Source: Scyliorhinus canicula (Eukaryota). From it: DNA of 64,000 nt. The translations under genes and the position numbers were made by a program. Each line of letters begins with the position of its first letter. The stretch's first letter is position 1. Below are positions 61,901 to 64,000 of the stretch, one piece after another. Under the pieces are notes generated by a model. That model did no database searches and was not told the origin of the DNA. It saw nothing but the letters and a program-made list of their open reading frames with translations. The stretch lies in NCBI RefSeq assembly GCF_902713615.1, contig NC_052154.1:80703072-80767071 (forward strand), read 5' to 3'.

Positions 61901-64000
61901 CATCCTGCTCGCCTTTTCCCCGTACTCATAGACCGCGCCCTGTGCCCTTCTCCATTGCGTCTCCGCCTTCCTAGTGGTTAGTAGGTCAAACTGGGCCTGT
62001 AAACTGCGCCGCTCCCTCAACAGCCCCTCCTCTGGTGTCTCCGCATATCTCCTGTCCACTTCTATAAGTTCCCCCACCAGTCTCTCCCTCTCCTGCCTCT
62101 CCTTCCTTTCTCTGTGTGCCCTTATGGAGATCAGCTCTCCTCTGATCACTGCTTTCAGGGCCTCCCAGACTACCCCCACCTTCACCTCGCCCGTGTCGTT
62201 CGTGCCCAGATATCTCTCAATGCCCTTCCGGACCCTTCCGCACACCTCATCGTCCGCCAGCAGCCCCACATCCAGGCGCCACAACGGGCGCTGGTCCCGT
62301 GCTTCCCCCAGTTCTACCTCTACCCAGTGTGGTGCATGGTCCGAAATCGCAATGGCCGAGTACTCCGTGTCCTGCACTCTCGAAATCAGCCCCCTGCTCA
62401 GTACAAAAAAGTCTATTCTGGAGTACACCCTGTGGACGTGGGAGAAAAAAGAATACTCCCTCGCCCTTGGCCTGCCAAATCTCCAAGGGTCTACCCCCCC
62501 CATCTGCTCCATGAACCCCCTTAGCACCTCTGCCGCTGCCGGCCTCCTATTCGTCCTGGAACTCGATCTGTCCAGCCCAGGGTCGAGCACTGTATTGAAG
62601 TCCCCCCCCATGATCAGGCCCCCTGCCTCCAGACCCGGAATGAGGCCCAACAGACGCCTCATAAAACCCGCGTCATCCCAATTCGGGGCATACACATTCA
62701 CCAGCACCACATTCTCTCCCTGCAGCCTATCCTTCACCATCACGTACCTACCCTCCTTATCTGCTACCACCTGCGCCGCCACGAACGACACCCTCTTTCC
62801 CACCAAAATCGCCACCCCCCGGTTCTTTGCGTCCAAGCCTGAGTGGAACACCTGTCCCACCCACCCCCTTCTCAGGCGTACCTGGTCTACTACTCTCAAG
62901 TGAGTCTCCTGCAACATTGCCACATCCGCCTGCAGTCCCTTTAGGTGTGAAAAAACCCTTGATCTCTTGACCGGCCCATTCAGCCCCCTCACGTTCCAAG
63001 TAATCAACCGGGTCGCGGAGCGACCCGTCCCTTTCCCCTGTCTATTAGCCATGTCCTGTCCCCTGTTCGCCCCGGGCCGACCCTCCCCTTCTGACCCGTT
63101 CCCCATGGCGATGGCCCCCCCCCCCTCTCTCCTCCCGTTCTTCCCTTCCCGTCCTCGGCCTTTCCAGCAGCAACCCGGTATCCCCCCCTAACCCCCCTTC
63201 CCCCCACCCCCCCCCTGGCTAGGACCCCTCCTAGCCGCGGTGTATCCACCATCGTACTCCCGAGAGTCAGCTGGTTTTCGCTGACCCGGCTGCCCCTGCC
63301 ACACTCCGACTCCTCCCGATGTGGGCGGGGAGGGGCCTCCCCCCCCCCCCTTGCCATCCCTCTCTGACCCCGCTTCAGCGCGGGAAAAGCCGCCATTGCT
63401 GGCCACACCCCACTCTTCTCTCCTCCCCCTTCCTCCGTCCCGCACGCGGGAAACAGGGGAAAGCCCGCGCTTTCGCCCGGCCACACCCTACCCCGCCATC
63501 TTCAATTCCACCCCCGTCCCCATCCAAGCCCCTAAAAAAGCCCCCTTAAAACGAGAGGAAGAAAAAAGAGAAAAAGAAAACACGCATAACCAACTTGCAC
63601 CCCCCCCGTCCCGCCTCCCCAACTTAACAATATAACAATATAAATAACAAATCTCAAATAAATACATAAATACATAACTATGCCTGCATAACTAAATAAC
63701 TACCCAATAATAACGTATTTAACCATCACCCTCCATCGAACAGAACAGTAACCATAACCCTTAAAGAACAGACCAAAAAACAGTAAAAAAGCCCCCCCTA
63801 CAACAACAATAATTAAGGGAAGTTGGCAACGGGAAGAGACACACACAAAGGAACAAAGAAACCCCCCATAACACAAGTTTCAAAGAAACCAAACGATCCA
63901 TCAACTTTAACCAAGTTCCGACCTGGCCTAAGAAAGACATGGGCCACTTGATCAGTCAAGGGTACTCGGGCGGCCTCGACCGCCGGCGTTCCCAAGTTCT
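58934..64000 (-). mobile_element. L1/Tx1-clade LINE, young, running off the window at its 5' end
   Basis: Poly(A) tail near 58934-58945 (T-run on +), G-rich 3' UTR and inter-ORF spacer, near-intact ORF2. Confidence 0.93.
59259..63106 (-). CDS. L1/Tx1 ORF2 (APE + RT + C-terminal Cys-rich region), split by one +1 frameshift in a G7 run near 61517-61523
   Basis: ITWNVRGLNG, MLQETH, GGDFN, SDH, RPISLLNVD, LDAEKAFDRV, GTRQGCPLSP, YADDLL, CVRC...HMFWMC. Confidence 0.9.

Noticed and set aside
59383-62903. Long + strand ORFs (e.g. 61974-62903, 309 aa; 59878-60402) opposite the L1/Tx1 ORF2
   Set aside because: Antisense shadows of a GC-rich coding frame; Ser/Pro-rich with no independent motifs.

Overview
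Repeat-dense, mostly non-genic vertebrate DNA, most likely from a cartilaginous fish. That assignment is inferred from HE1/V-SINE-like tRNA SINEs, CR1 LINEs with (TTCTATG)n tails, GC-rich Harbinger elements and fish-type L1/Tx1. Main contents: (1) a ~16 kb two-gene Harbinger shell (9110-25361) holding a young class-I ERV (11037-18766), an uninterrupted CR1 ORF2 and a probable solo LTR, with a MITE abutting its end. The ERV has a 4-bp TSD, a tRNA-Leu PBS and an eroded gag/RT region, but near-intact RNaseH-integrase and env. (2) A full-length decayed Gypsy element (27861-32484) that splits a SINE. It has no tRNA PBS but carries a 13-nt complement to its own LTR. (3) A broken immunoglobulin-superfamily gene with a germline-joined VJ-type V fragment and an intact C1-set exon (41556-42801), cut by a hAT element. 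(4) Two L1/Tx1 LINEs, one nearly intact, plus many SINEs, CR1/L2 fragments and Penelope-like relics with degenerate hammerhead motifs. All alignments and counts were done by eye, and family names are pattern-based, not database hits.
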